64,000 bases of DNA from the human T2T-CHM13v2.0 reference genome, Homo sapiens, in NCBI RefSeq assembly GCF_009914755.1, contig NC_060925.1. One strand, given 5' to 3'. The notes beneath the pieces are model-generated. The model made no database searches. It saw only the letters and a program-made list of their open reading frames with translations, and was not told where the DNA came from. The translations under genes and the position numbers were made by a program. Shown here in pieces: positions 27,412-46,829 of this stretch. Every line of letters begins with the position of its first letter. Positions within the stretch are counted from its first letter, which is position 1.

Positions 27412-27574
27412 CTTAAAGAAAAAGATTCAAATATTTTTTGACATATTACTTTTTTTTGAAAAAAAAGAGAAAAAAAACTAATGGTAATCCCTTTTTTATT
27501 CCTATATGAACTTATAATTAAATAAGAGACTTTTAAAGTGTATAGGACATAAATAAGCAAACAAACAATAAGAT

Positions 27575-27790
27575 GAGCAGCATGGTACATAGTGGAAATA
27601 AGAATGTTTGAATCCTAACTCTACAAACTGTGTGACCTTGTATAAGTTATTTAACTTCTCCAGGTCTCAGTTTCCTCACTTGCAAAACAGAAATAATATT
27701 TGTCTTATAGGGTCACTGTGAGAATTAAGTGCAATAATATACAAACTATCTAGCAAAGGACCTGGCACTTAGTTCATTTTCATTATTAGT
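27575..27790 (+). mobile_element. MIR SINE
   Basis: tgtgtgaccttgtataagttatttaacttctccaggtctcagtttcctcacttgcaaaa core. Confidence 0.85.
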
Positions 27791-28644
27791 TCTCTTCTCC
27801 TTTTCTCCTGATTTTTCTGAGATAAACTTGGAGACTGTCAGTATTGGAACTAAGGACTGGGAGGGAGAACAAAGACTAGGAAGTAATCCCTGGGTCAGTG
27901 TAGAAAGAGGCCAAAAGCAAAATACTCTGGTTAACCTCATTCCATACCACACCACACCACACCACTAAAGCTCTGGTTACCAATTTAGTATTTCCCCATT
28001 ACATTCACACTCATGAAGTGTGAATAACAAAAGTTATCTAAGTTGAAAATCTCTTAGAATATTTTTAGCTTCTGAAATGATTATACCATCTGCCCATATT
28101 TAAATCACGAATTCATTTAAAATTAAAAGTTAATTCATGAACAGAATTTCCCATTTGTTATATTCAGAAGTATAGCCAATATACATATACTTAGCTTTAA
28201 TAATAAATACCCACACCTGTCTACACTAGAGTGTAGGTTCCCTTTTTGGTCATTTATTTATTAGGCAGAACCATATAAAGCCACCAATATTTGTGACCTA
28301 TAAAACTGGAAATTTCATATAGTTAATTTCTCACTTTTTTGTCTCCCCAATATATGCTTACTCAAGGCTGAATATATGCTCAGCATTCTCTTAGGTGAGA
28401 TAGCTAATCAAGACTGGCCTTATTCCTGAAGCCTAATACATCTTCTAGTTCCAATAATTCAACTAATTCCTAAAAGCTCTGGTATGAATAGGAACATTTC
28501 ATTGCTTCCTAATCTTTCAAATAAAAATTAGAAAGAATTAGATGTTGCTGGCCTGAAGGTAATTGTTATACTACAAAATATGAAAAATCATGTTAAACCT
28601 GATAATGTCTACCCTTTCAGTCATCGATTAAAGGATTAAACTTC

Positions 28645-28942
28645 TTTTTTTTTTTTTTTTGAGGGGGAGTCTTGCTCTGTCACCCAGGCTGGAGGGCAGT
28701 GGTACGATCTCCACTCACTGCACCTTCAGCCTCCTGGGTTCAAGTGATTCTCCTGCCTCAGCCTCCCGAGTAGCTGGGATTACACGCACCCGACATCACG
28801 CCCAGCTAATTTTTGTATTTTTAGTAGAGATGGGGTTTCACCATATTAGCCAGGCTGGTCTCGAACTCCTGACCTCAAGTGATCTGTCTGCCTTGGCCTT
28901 CCAAAGTGCTAGGATTACAGGCATGAGCCACCACACCTAGCC
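28645..28942 (-). mobile_element. AluS
   Basis: Full dimer; TSD aaggattaaact. Confidence 0.95.
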
Positions 28943-30574
28943 AAGGATTAAACTCCTAAGAATCCTATGCCTCTGTGGATAAGTCTATCTTTTCAAATTT
29001 AGATATCTCTTGAATGTAATCAACCAACTATGAGAGTAATCTTACCTTTCTATATTTTAAATGGGGGAAATGCACAAGATGTTTAAAATTTTAATTTGAC
29101 CTTACTTTCCTGACTTCATCCTTTCAAATTAAAGTTTCTCACAACATTCTGTACTTTCCCTTTAAAGCACTTACCATAATTGTAATTAATTATCACATAA
29201 TTATTTATTTAATGCTAAACTACCCCATGACACTGTAAGCTCCACAAAGGCAGGGAACTTGTCTATATTATATATCTCTGTATTCCACATACTGCCTAGT
29301 TTTGGGAGGTGTTTAATAAGCATATGTTAAATAAATTATCTTTCCAGGCATAAAATACTTATTGTTTACAGCAACAATTAAAGAAAAAGACATAGCTCAT
29401 CCACAAAATGGCTGGCCCAATCTGAGCCTGAAATTGACTGGCTGGGCAGGAATGACTTGTTATGCCACTATGTACACGTAAAAAACGGACCTTCTAAAAG
29501 CAATCACAGCTGGAAGCCCTATGATCACAAATACAGTTTATAATAAAAGAGGGTAAACAGCTCTGTTGTAAAACAGACTGTAGGAGATATGAAAGGCCAT
29601 CAAATACAGGGATCTTGGCACCTGTTGTGTGTTCTTTCCCTTACTCACAGCTCTCTCTGACCATCCTGACAGATGGGCTGGCTTGGGCATGTGGCTCAGG
29701 ATGAATTTTCCCAAATTTATCATGGTCATAGCTTCTTGTATGTTTGGTAGTTGTTGGTGAATGGTTATCATTTCTTCTTATCTGTTCCTCAGATTTTATA
29801 CTTGCCTCTCCAACTGTCCTCTTCAGAGTCATCTCCAATTTTGAGAGAGAAAACTGCTTATGTGTTTCCCCCATATTATTCTATATTATCAGATTTTTTA
29901 GAAAATCCCAGGTATTGTGGTTAACACTTCATGTATAAATTTGTTCTCATAACCTGTAGATGTGCCTCTGGAACTTCTCTTGTATTCTACAAATACTGTC
30001 CTTGTAGAGGTTCCCTTTGCTAAATCTAAGAGGACACATCAAAGTAACTAGAAATTTTTACACATCGATTGGGTGGAGGTAGAACAACTGGATTATGAGA
30101 TTCAGAAACAGGTCTTACGTGTTGCCTAGGCTATGGCTTGGGCTACTTGTCATTCAAACACTCCTTGCCACACCAAAGTGAGAAGCTGGATTGCTCAGAA
30201 GTAAGTAATAGCCCCAGTAGGCAGCTTTCTTTGTAACATACTTGTCACTGCTCTCATATTGCGCTGTGCTACACTCATTTGTGTATTTGTCTCACTGGTC
30301 CCTACCTGAGCTGTACACTCCCAGGGGTAAAAGACTCTATTTCATATGTCTTCGTATTTCCTATAGCATCTAGCATACTATCTTACATATGACAAGCATC
30401 TGAAGTATATATTTATTGGATGAATAAATGGAATTATCAGTGCTCAACAGTTATATACTAGAAATTCAGAAGCCTCTAAGTATTCTTCAGTCTAGTAACT
30501 TTTATTTAAATATATTTTCTGTCCTGAGTATTATGATGAGTTGTTAAGAAGTGTTAGAATTATAATTTACTTAT

Positions 30575-31457
30575 TTTTAGTTAAAAAAATTTTTTTTGAG
30601 TACATAGTAGGTCTACATATTTATGGGATATGGGAGATATTTTGATAGAGGCATGCAATGGGTATTAATTACTTCATGGAAAGTGGGGTGTCCGTCCCCT
30701 CAAGCACTTATCCTTTGTGTTACAAACAATCCAGTTAAAATCTTTGTGTTATTTTTAAATGTACAATGATTTTTACTATAGTCATCCTGTTGTGCTATCA
30801 AAGGCCAGTGTTATTCACTCTTTCCATATTTTTTGTACCTATTAACCACTCCACCTTCCCCCACACCCCACTGCCCTCCCTAGCCTCTGGTAATCATCCT
30901 TCTACTCTCTATCTCCATGTGTTTAATTGTTTTGATTTTTACATTCTACAAATTAAGTGAGAACATGTGACGTTTGTAGTTCTGTGCCTCACTTATTTCA
31001 CTTAACATAATGGCCTCCAATTCCATCCATGTTGTTGCAAATCACAGGATCTAATTCTTTTTTGTAGCTGAGTAGTACTCTTGTGTACATGTACCATGTT
31101 TTCTTTATCCATTTGCCTATTGATGGACATTTAGGTTGCTTCCAAATCTTGGCTACTGTGAACAATGCTGCAACAAATATGTTAGTACAGATATCTCTTT
31201 GATATACTGATTTCCCTCCTTTTGGGTATATACCCAGCAGTGGGATTGCTGGATCATATGGTAGCTCTATTTTTAGTTTTTAAAGGAACCTCTACACTGT
31301 TCTCCATGGTGATTGTACTAATTTACATTCCCAATAACAGTGTACAAGGGTTCCCTTTTCTCCACATCCTCTCCAGCATTTGTTATTCCCTGTCTTTGGG
31401 ATAAAAGCCATTTTAACTGAGGTGAGATGATATCTTACTGTAGTTCTGATCTGTATC
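30575..31457 (-). mobile_element. L1MA 3' fragment
   Basis: gtacatagtaggt...catatttatggga 3' end and ORF2 C-terminal sequence (cccagcagtgggattgctggatcatatggtag). Confidence 0.9.
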
Positions 31458-32219
31458 AGAATCAGAATTTAAACACAGTCATTCTCACCATAAAGCCTGG
31501 TTTTTCCCCACTGTGGCACACTACGTAGTTCAGCATAGTCCTCTATCTCCGAGACAATAGCCATTGAATTTTATTACAATTCACTGAAAATGATGACTAT
31601 TAAAAATAAAATATTTTATGAGTTGCCAAATGGTTCCCACAGTAAGAATTTAACCAAAAAAAAAGAAATTTAGATGTAATTTATGACACCCTCAGTAGTG
31701 TTAAAGATTAGTAATCATCAGTTAACTCCTAAAAGACTAATTCAAAATTCCAAATTATTAAACTGAAGTGGCTATAGACTTTTTTCAAATACTTACCAAA
31801 TGCATACACACATAGAACACTTATTGGTTTTTCTGAATGCCCAGGTTGGAATGAATACCCTGCTCCTTGCTCTACCAATAGGTCCTTGTCATCAGAGACA
31901 TGGCCCTGCTATCTATCTCTAGAGATACAGACCAAGATAACCTGAAGTTCTCTCAATATAAATACTTAGAGATAGTAGGTAAAACATAACAAGTATGTTC
32001 AAAAGCATTACTAAGCATGTCAGAAAGAAAGAAATAAAGAAAGAGAAGTTTCTAGGTACCAGAAATAAAGAGGAAACTGAAAGTGAGAGATGTAAATGAT
32101 GAAGTAATTCAGAACCTGACAAGGTAGGTTATCCATCTTGATAATCCAGAAGCCCCACTGTGACCAGAGATCTCATTTTGGACTTAAGCAAGGTGAGGAG
32201 GTGTAAAAGTTATCTCTGG

Positions 32220-32514
<295 letters not shown>

Positions 32515-32614
32515 GTTATCTCTGGGATAACTTTTGCAGCCTAATGTAAGTGAAGTTGGAGTCTGGGAATGAGGTGTGGGGGTGAGGTGAAGAAAAGTTA
32601 CTTTAAGAAATAAT

Positions 32615-33485
32615 CATTGAAATTTTTTCAAATTTGATGAAAATGAGAAAGCCACTGATTCAAGAATCTTAACAAACATTAAGCAAAAGAAACATGAAGA
32701 AACTACACCAAGGCACATCATAACCAAATTACTTAAAGTTAATAATAAAAAAAAATCTGAAAAGCAGCTGGAGAAAAGAAAAGACATAATATGTACAGGA
32801 AACAATGACAGCCGACTTTTCATCAGAAACAGTGCAACTGAGAAGACAATTGGGCAACATCTCTAAAGTACTGAAAGAAATAAAACAAAAAACAAAAACA
32901 ACCATCAACCCCAGAATTCTATACCCAGTGAAAATATTTTTCAAAACTGAAGGTAAAATACTTTTCAAACATATAAAACCTGAAAAAATTCATCAATAGT
33001 ATATGTATTACAGTAAAAGTTAAAGGAAGTCTTTCAGGTAAAAGGAAAAGGATACCATAAAGGAATGGCTTTGTGTCTAGACAAGGGAATAAACAAAACT
33101 AGAAATGGGAGCTTCATAGGTAAATTAATAGACTTTATTATTCAAAACTCTTTTTTTTTTTTTTTTTTTTTTTTTTGTGACGGAGTCTCACTCTGTCACC
33201 CAGGCTGGAGTGCAGTGGTGTGATCTCGGCTCATTGCAACCTCCACCCCCCCAGGTTTAAGCAATTCTCTGCCTCAGTCTCTGGAGTAGCTGGGATTACA
33301 GGTGCATGCCACCATGCCCGGCTAATATTTTGTATTTTTAGTAGAGACGGGGTTTCACCATCTTGGCCAGGCTGGTCTTGAACTCCTGGGCTCGTGATCC
33401 ACCTGCCTCGGCCTCCCAAAGTGCTGGGATTACAGGTGTGTGCCACCGCGCCCGGGCTCAAAACTCTTTAAGAAACAATTGACTG
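32615..33485 (+). mobile_element. L1M ORF1-region fragment (interrupted by minus-strand Alu ~33151-33458, TSD tcaaaactcttt)
   Basis: ORF1-like peptide MTADFSSETVQLRRQ...PRILYPVKIFFKTEGKI (ORF 32805..32999). Confidence 0.85.
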
Positions 33486-33487
33486 TA

Positions 33488-34841
<1,354 letters not shown>

Positions 34842-34845
<4 letters not shown>

Positions 34846-35146
34846 TTAGACTGGCTAGAACTGCCAATTCAATGGTGAATAGAAGTGATATGAACAGATA
34901 TCCCTCCCTTTTTCCTGATCTTAGCAGGAAAACATTTGATCTTTCCCCAGTAGGTAAGATGTTAGCTGTAGGGTTTTTTTTTTTTTTTTTTTTAAATAGA
35001 TGCCCTCTTTATCAGGCTAAGGACATTTTACTCGATTCCTATTTTACTGGAAATTCTTATCAGGAATAAATTAGCTTTTGTCTGATGCCGTCTCTGCATC
35101 CACTGAGATGATTATATCATAAATTACACTGACTGATTTTCAAATC
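34842..35146 (-). mobile_element. Inverted L1M ORF2 segment
   Basis: ctggctagaactgccaattcaatggtgaatagaagtg...cctgatcttagcagg is antisense ORF2 (RT region). Confidence 0.8.
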
Positions 35147-35148
35147 TG

Positions 35149-37615
<2,467 letters not shown>

Positions 37616-38424
37616 ACACTATAGAAAGCAGCAGTAGTGGCTTTTATTGTACAGAGCAGACAGGTGTGGTAACCTCTGTTGTAATGTAACTATTTATCAT
37701 CATAAGATTTCAAAAAATAGGCATAATAAGCCCTTTATCAGTGGCTTTCACATCAACTTTAAGCCAATCATAACTGGGTTTGGAGAACTGAGTTCTCTAA
37801 TAAAGACCAACTCTCAGTTAGAGACTCAAAGGAAGAGTGTGCTTAGAACTGAGTGACTTAGGGTCAGCAACACAAGGCAGACTCTTAAAACCCAAGAAGA
37901 CAGCAAGGAAATGCAAGGTTACATGAGACTGCTCAGCCTCACTCCTAAAACAGGATATGGAGAGAAGAAACAATTTAGTGAGAACTGAAACTACCCATTC
38001 ATAGCTTAGCCCGCTTGATTTTATTAGCAAAAATTATGATGGTCACATACAGGGTTGTATCAAAGACTGACAGTCTTTTCACTGGAGACTGGGGGCACAT
38101 GAGCATTCCGAGTGAATTAGGTAAAAGTACAGTATTGGTTTCATTGACTGTTTGACAGGAACTAAGGTCAGGCAGTTGACTCACAAGTATAAATTGTATA
38201 ACCATATCATAGTGCTCAGTGGCTGCTGGAGGCTGGACTTGCCCTATATGTCAGCAGCCTGTTTTAAGATCCAGGTTAGCTAATAATAAAGTGTTGGGGT
38301 CTGTTGGAATACTGTATTTTAGTATAGCTGAATATTCAAGCTTTCTTAGGTGTATGTGTGCATGATGGGCTACTCAGAAAGAAAAATACAATATATTGTA
38401 TTTGAGCTATTTTGCTGTGTTTTT

Positions 38425-38744
38425 AAACTTTTTTTTTCTAATTTAAAGAAACAGGGTCTCACTCTGTCACTCAGGCTGCAGTGCAGTGGCATGACCATAG
38501 CTCACTGCAGTTTTAAACTCCTGGGCTCAAGTGATTTTTTTTTCCTGCCTCAGCCTCTGAGGAGCTTGGATTACAGGTGTGCACCACCATGTCAGGCTAA
38601 TTATTCTAATTATTATATTAAAAATGTTTTTAGAGATGGGGTCTCGCTATGTTGTTCAGGCTGGTCTCAAACTCCTGGCCTCAAGCAGTCCTCCTGCTTT
38701 AGCCTCCTGAGTAGCTGGGATTACAGGTATGAGCCACTGCACCT
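38425..38744 (-). mobile_element. AluJ
   Basis: Diverged dimer. Confidence 0.9.
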
Positions 38745-38948
38745 TGCTCTTATTTTTAAAAAGGCAGTTATGCAAAATTTTTAAATATAAAGGTTAAATT
38801 ATCCTATTAACACTGTTAATAATTGCTAAATGGTAGTTGTGCAATATTGCAAATACAGTAAATGCCACTGAATTGTATACACTACAGTGGTTAACTGTAT
38901 CTTATGTAAATTCCATTTCCATAAAAAAATGTATAGATATTGTTAATG

Positions 38949-39243
38949 GGCCAGGTGCAGCAGCTCACACCTGTAATCTCAGCACTTTGGGAGGCAAAGG
39001 TAGAATTGCTTGAGGCTAAGAGTTTGAGAACAGCCTAGGCAACACAGCAAGACCCCTGACTCTACCAAAAATTTAAAACAATTAGCTGGGTGTAGTAGTG
39101 TGTGTCTGTAGTCCCAGCTATAGGAGCCTGAGGAGACTCACTTGGGCCCAAGAGTTTGAGGCTGCAGTGAGGTATGACTGCACCACTGCATTCCAGCCTG
39201 GGCAACAGAGTGATTCCCTGTCTCTTTAAAAAAAAAAAAAAAA
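38949..39243 (+). mobile_element. AluJ
   Basis: Diverged dimer with A tail. Confidence 0.9.
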
Positions 39244-39274
39244 TTGCTAAAACCAAAACAAAAAAAAAAGTAAC

Positions 39275-39680
39275 ATGGTGGTATATCCATGTGGTGGAAT
39301 ACTATTCAGCAAGTAAAAGGAATGAATTATTGATATATGCAACAATGTGGAGAATCTCAAAATAATTACACTGAATGAAAGTAGCCAGACTAATGAGTAT
39401 ATACCATATGGTTTAATTTTTAATAAAATTCTAGAAAACGCAAACAAATCTATGCTGACAGAAAGTTCAGTGGATATGTGGGACTTGGCTTGACAGACAG
39501 AGACAGCAAAGAGGGATGACAAAGGTACAAGAGGAAGCCCTTGAGAGTGATAGTTCACTATTTTGATTGTGGTAAGGATTTCATGGGTGTATACATATGT
39601 CAAAACTTGTCAAATTATATACTTTACATAGGTGTGGTTTATTGTATATCAATTGTACCTCAATATACATTTAGAAAATA
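39275..39680 (+). mobile_element. L1MC/MD 3' UTR
   Basis: gtggtatatccatg...gtgtatacatatgtcaaaacttgtcaaattatatacttta...tacctcaata. Confidence 0.85.
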
Positions 39681-39712
39681 AATGATTAATACTGCAAAAA
39701 ATTAATAGATGG

Positions 39713-40247
39713 ATGACACAGTAGCTTGGACATAGGTAAAGGGAGAATTAATGAAATGTGAGTAATCTCAAGAAGTTATCTAAATTGCAACACAGAAAGA
39801 TACAGAGAAATAAAATATGACAGAGAAGTTAAGAGATGTGGAAGATACAGTCAAGAGTATCCAATATGCATCTACTAGGAAGCCTAAAAGAAGAGAATAC
39901 AGTGGATTAAGCAATACCTAAAGAGATCATGTTTTTGAATTTTCTAGTATAGATGAAAGACAAGTACCCAACATCAATTTCAATGAAACAGTAGCTTGGA
40001 CATAGGTAAAGGGAGAATTAATGAAATGTGAGTAATCTCAAGAAATTATCTAAATTGCAACACAGAGATACAGAAAAATAAAATATGAAAGAGAAGTTAA
40101 GAGACATGGAAGACACAGTCAAGAGTATCTAATATGCATCTACTAGGAAGTCTAGAAGAGAATACAGTGGATGAACCATACCTAAAGAGATCATGTTTTT
40201 GAATTTTCTAGTATAGATGAAAGACAAGTACCCAACATCAATTTCAA
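39713..40247 (+). repeat. Direct tandem duplication, ~270-bp unit x2, of an L1M ORF1-like fragment
   Basis: gtagcttggacataggtaaagggagaatt begins at 39721 and 39991; both copies end caagtacccaacatcaatttcaa. Confidence 0.97.
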
Positions 40248-40434
40248 ATGGTAACACCCAGTTTTAAAGAAACTCCTAAACTGAATAAACAAATAAATTG
40301 GTTGTCCTCATCATAGTCAAGGACTAGATCACTGAAGCCACCTCACCTATAGAATACCAGCCCTGATTCTTAATGCTGCTGATCCAATGATAAGACCCTG
40401 GATGACTAGGTTATAGTAATAGAAATAGTACTTA

Positions 40435-40612
40435 GAACCTTGTTAACCAAAGTATGGTCCAAGGACAAGCAGTATTGAAATCAATTTGGAGCTTGTCACA
40501 AAAGGAGAATCTTGGGCCCCACACTTCAGAATAACTGCATCAGAAATATGAACTTTAATAAGACCTCCAGGTGACTCCTATCATATGCAGATTAAATTTT
40601 GAAAAGCACTGC
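40435..40612. mobile_element. MER5A
   Basis: caaagtatggtcc...gaatcttgggcccac...ctccaggtgactc...ttttgaaaagcactg. Confidence 0.8.
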
Positions 40613-41183
40613 TTGTAAGACTGTAGAAGTCTTCTGAGTGGGGGATCTTACTGATCTTATAGAAAGCAAGAATATTTTGATTAAGGTAATATATCTAACA
40701 CTGCTGAAGAGTGGTTGGGATGTTATTTTTGCTTTCAGGAAAGACATGAATGGGGGAAGTTAATCCACACTGGGGGAGAAGAATGGTTAAATACCAGAAC
40801 TGGGACCTAATCCTTTAGCAGCCAGTCAGGAGTTTGGAAGACAAGACCTGGGCTTTTGAACAGACACCTCACAATAGGTTCCCAAATGGACATGGAAATT
40901 CCTTACACAGGAACATGTTCACTGAGAGCATACATTCTGAGAAAGGCAATAGAGAGAGACAGCCAAACACCTATTCCTCTCCAAAATGGCAGCCTTGTTA
41001 TGTGGTATATCCAGCTAAATGGTCTAGAGAATTTTGGGGGTGTGTGTATGTGAGTGTAACAAAGAGATGATATAATGGTCACTGATAAAAGCTGAATACT
41101 ATGTTCTGTGGATACTTCTCTGGTCAGGATTCCTTCCTGAAAGGAGACAGATAAGACAATAGAAAAATGCTTACTTTCAATCA

Positions 41184-41407
41184 CAGGTTAGTAAACTATG
41201 TATGGTCTTTGGGCCAAAACTGATTTGTGGCCTGTTTTTGTAAATAAAACTTTATTGAAACATGGCTATATTCATTCATTTGCATATTGTTTATGGCTGC
41301 TTTTGTGCTACAATGACAGAGTTAAGTAGCTGTGACAGAAAGTATATGGTCCCCAAGGCCAAAAATATTTACTATCTAGCCCTTTATAGAAAAACTTTGC
41401 TGACCTT
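41184..41407. mobile_element. MER58A
   Basis: caggttagtaaacta...gcctgtttttgtaaataaa...ccctttatagaaaaactttgctgacc. Confidence 0.9.
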
Positions 41408-43066
41408 TAAAATCAATATAAATGTTGGTTTCAGCCTTCTAAACTTTCAACTTTCACTAAGCAGGGAATAAAATCCTAATGGGATTTAAAGTTTAGAAAA
41501 TCTAGGGAGAGCTTCAGGAAAAGGAAAGGTCAAATGGAAAGAGTAACTAATCTGTTCATTACAAAAAAATCAGAAGCTATAATTTAGTTCTGACACTAGT
41601 GTGAAAGATTTAAAGTCAAAGGTCTCAGAGCAGCCTTTACATGTGCCAATAGTAGAAAGTCTTGAAAAGGATTTTGCACCACAGATAAAAATGATTTGAT
41701 TAAGCATATGAGGGCAAAGGAATAATGGACAGGTTTCTAGGTATCTAGGACAAGTGGAGGAATAATTTCTAATTATAGACACAAAAAACCCACCTGTCTT
41801 AGAGGCTTATATATAGAACTTTACATTCTGAACCACTTGGTATTTCAGCTTTGTTTCAGGTAATGACTCTAATGAACACCTAATCTTAACATAGCTGGCC
41901 TTAGATACTTTTATCAGCTTCACTGTCTGCTTTCCCCTTCCACATACTCTACGCTTGACCCAAACAAGCCCTCTCACAATTCTCACAGACTAGACTTTTG
42001 GTGACTCTCTGCCTTTGTCCATCCTTTATCCTTGGCCTGGAATACTCTCCACCCCTTCTCCTTCAGGCAAAATCACATTCATCTTTCAGGCCCAACCTAA
42101 GTGTCCGCTCTAAGCAATCACAGGTACTCCCTCCTCCCCAAATCCTGGATTGAGTAGCTTCACTTCTGTACTATATTCACACTGTATTATTATAATTATA
42201 TATTTACATATTTGTCTCTCACTAGACTGTGAGTACTTAGCTGGGACACTTTTATTAACCTCTGAATTTTCAGCGTAAGTTAATGTATGGTTGATGCTTG
42301 GTAGTGAATGCTTACTATACATACCCTTCTAATTATTTTACACATTATTATCTTATTTAATCCTCACATATGTTGAGGGACAGATGACAGAAAAGAGGAA
42401 AGAAAAGAAGTGACCATATATACAACAAGAGAAAAAAGGAAAAAAAGCTAAGGTACCTGCTGTAGAAACTCATGGATCTCAAAAGTGTCAATAGCCTTTG
42501 CAAGGTAAATGTTCTTGCTTTACCTTCTTCTTCCTGCCATTACTGCCATTACCTCTATCTTAAGTTCTGACATTTAAAAGACGGCTGGAAGAAATGATAA
42601 TAGGGAGGAATGGGAATGGGAATGGGAAAATAGCTCTACCGAGGAAAATTATCCTTTTGTGTGGAGTGTCAGGTTATTCCAGGACTACTACCTTTTGTAA
42701 CATAATCTACATGCATGACATATTTCTTTTCATACTGGACACAGGGCAGGGCACTTAGTAGGTATTCAACAGATGTGCACTGAATTAAACTGCAAGGAAA
42801 ACTAACTGACCTCCTGAGTCACTAAAATAGACAAGCAAGCCCCTGCCAAATTTGTAGACACAGTGATGTCAAAAAGAATAAAAGTAAAGTAACTCAGATA
42901 TTTGATAATTTAAAGTCAAGTTTTCAAAATCTGCCCCCAAAGCTAAATTGATAATTACATTTTCTAAGTTAGTACCTGGCTGGTGTGAGAACAGAGGAAG
43001 CAGAGATTTCAGTAATGAAAACATTTTTACGGGGACTAGTTAGGCACTAGGAAGATGTTAAGAATC

Positions 43067-43340
43067 TGCCAGGTACAGTGGCTCATGCCTGTAATCCCAG
43101 TGTTTTTTGGGGGCCAAAGTCGGAGGATTCCTTGAGGCCAGGAGTTCAAGATCAGCCTGGATAACATGGCGAGACCCATAAAAAATAATTTAAAAATTAG
43201 CCTGTAGTCCTAGCTACTCAGGAAGCTGAGGTGGGAGGCTGTTTGAGCCCAGGAGTTCGAGGTTACAGTGAGCTACCATCATGTCACTGCCTTCTAGCCT
43301 GGGCAATAGTGTGAAACCCTGTCTTAAAAAAGAAAAAAGG
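43067..43340 (+). mobile_element. AluJ with internal deletion at the start of the right arm
   Basis: aaaaattagcctgtagtcc junction lacks the usual gggcgtggtggcgcgc segment. Confidence 0.9.
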
Positions 43341-43549
43341 TAAGAACTTGTCTCAATTTCTTCTTTAGTGATTTGAGCAGTGAAAGGTTTTTAAAAAATT
43401 TTCCCCAGGTTATGGTCTAATCAGGATAGAATTAAAATTCAGATATTTCAGATCTTATTTTTGAAAATTTCTCAGGTCATAGGACATTCTGATAATCCTG
43501 CTTACAAAACAAGATATTTACATACTACCACATATTTTCAAAGTGTCAG

Positions 43550-44670
<1,121 letters not shown>

Positions 44671-44940
44671 TTATCAAAATTATAGAGGGAGGCCATACAA
44701 GCTGCTGTCTTGATGGCTACCAAGCCAATGGCTAAACAACAAAATGTGGTATTATCCATACAATGGAATATTATTCAACCATAAAAAGAATGAAGTGCTG
44801 ATACTTTATGGCTAAACAACAAAGCTGTCTGTAGTGAAAAAGAGAGAGAGAAAAATATTTTAATCTTTCCACATCTAAAGTATAAATGATGAGGGCAATG
44901 CTTAAAAAAATGTTAAAATTGGCACTCAAAAGAAGTGCAG

Positions 44941-45245
<305 letters not shown>

Positions 45246-45496
45246 AAGAAGTGCCTGGTAATATGGGCTTCCTGGAGTACTAGGACCAGGACATTCATCT
45301 TCCAGCCAAATGACTTGGATTCCAGTCCTCCTTTCATCTTGGTGGCCGAACAGTACAGGGAAAAGGTCATGGGCTTTCAAATACAGACAGCCTTGCTTTG
45401 AATTCTAGGTCTGCCACTTAATTTCTGTGCCCTTGGGCAAGTTCCTTGACCGCTTCCAACACTGATCAATTTTATCTCTAAATTAAAAAAAAAATG

Positions 45497-45868
<372 letters not shown>

Positions 45869-46829
45869 CTATGGCATGTAATTGATGACTATTAACCTAA
45901 TAATAATCCCAATAATATTAATCTTCATCCTTTCAATAACTAGATGTGTGACTTTAGGGAAAATAGCTGAATTTCCCCTAAGGACTGTTTAGGGAGGACC
46001 TGGGGCAAATCAGCTGTCACTAAATAGCATCATTTTTCTATAGGTAAAATGGAAATGGTAGAGGGGGGGAAGCAAGGGATGATTCATGAATAATTACATG
46101 AACATGAGCCTCAGGTCTCTGAAGCATCCTTCCATTAGTCCCTAACCGACTGTTACACCCCACCACTCAAGTCAGTCCCTATGTGTCAGGGCTCTGATAA
46201 GTGTCCCAGGGCCAAAAATAAGAACATTAGAGGTCTTAACCACGGATTATGCACCAGATGGAATTCAGAAGAAAATACTTAAACTGTAAACACATTTCAA
46301 AAGTCTGACAACATTCTTATTTTTCTCACAATGATTACTTTGATTTCTGAAATACCAAATTTCAAAAAGGTTTCTCTTTTTTTTAAGGACATACATAAAT
46401 GAGTAATTTTAATATACTAGTCAGAATAGAGATTACATGTAGAGGAAAAAGATATTTGAGAGGGTTACTAAAGCAGTTTCCAAAGTATTGTTATTAGTCT
46501 ATTTTTTAACTCAGTGTCAAGTACATAGGTGTTTACTTTATTTTAAACTCTGCCTATGTATTATATACATTCTTTTATATGGAAGACATATTTTATCTAT
46601 TAAAAAGTCCCCAAATTCTAGAAAGTTAATTTCTTGTCTTCCTAGATTATACATTGAGTAATAAGCTCATCAAATGGGAAAAATTATGTAAGGCTCTCCA
46701 AATGCATTTAAACACAGCAAAAGCAGTAACAGCCATGGTAGTAGTCATCTCTTCACCCTAATTAGTGATGGCAGTTGAGGCAGATTAGTAAAGTGAGCCA
46801 GGAGACTAGTGACCCAAGTGTCATCTTTT

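Noticed and set aside
27946-27965. (ACCAC)4 as a RUNX site cluster
   Set aside because: Very short pentamer slippage repeat with no supporting context.
42440-42560. Possible cryptic exon (donor-like motifs on both strands, ctgccatta x2)
   Set aside because: No convincing acceptor-donor pair or FAF1-like peptide; indistinguishable from chance.
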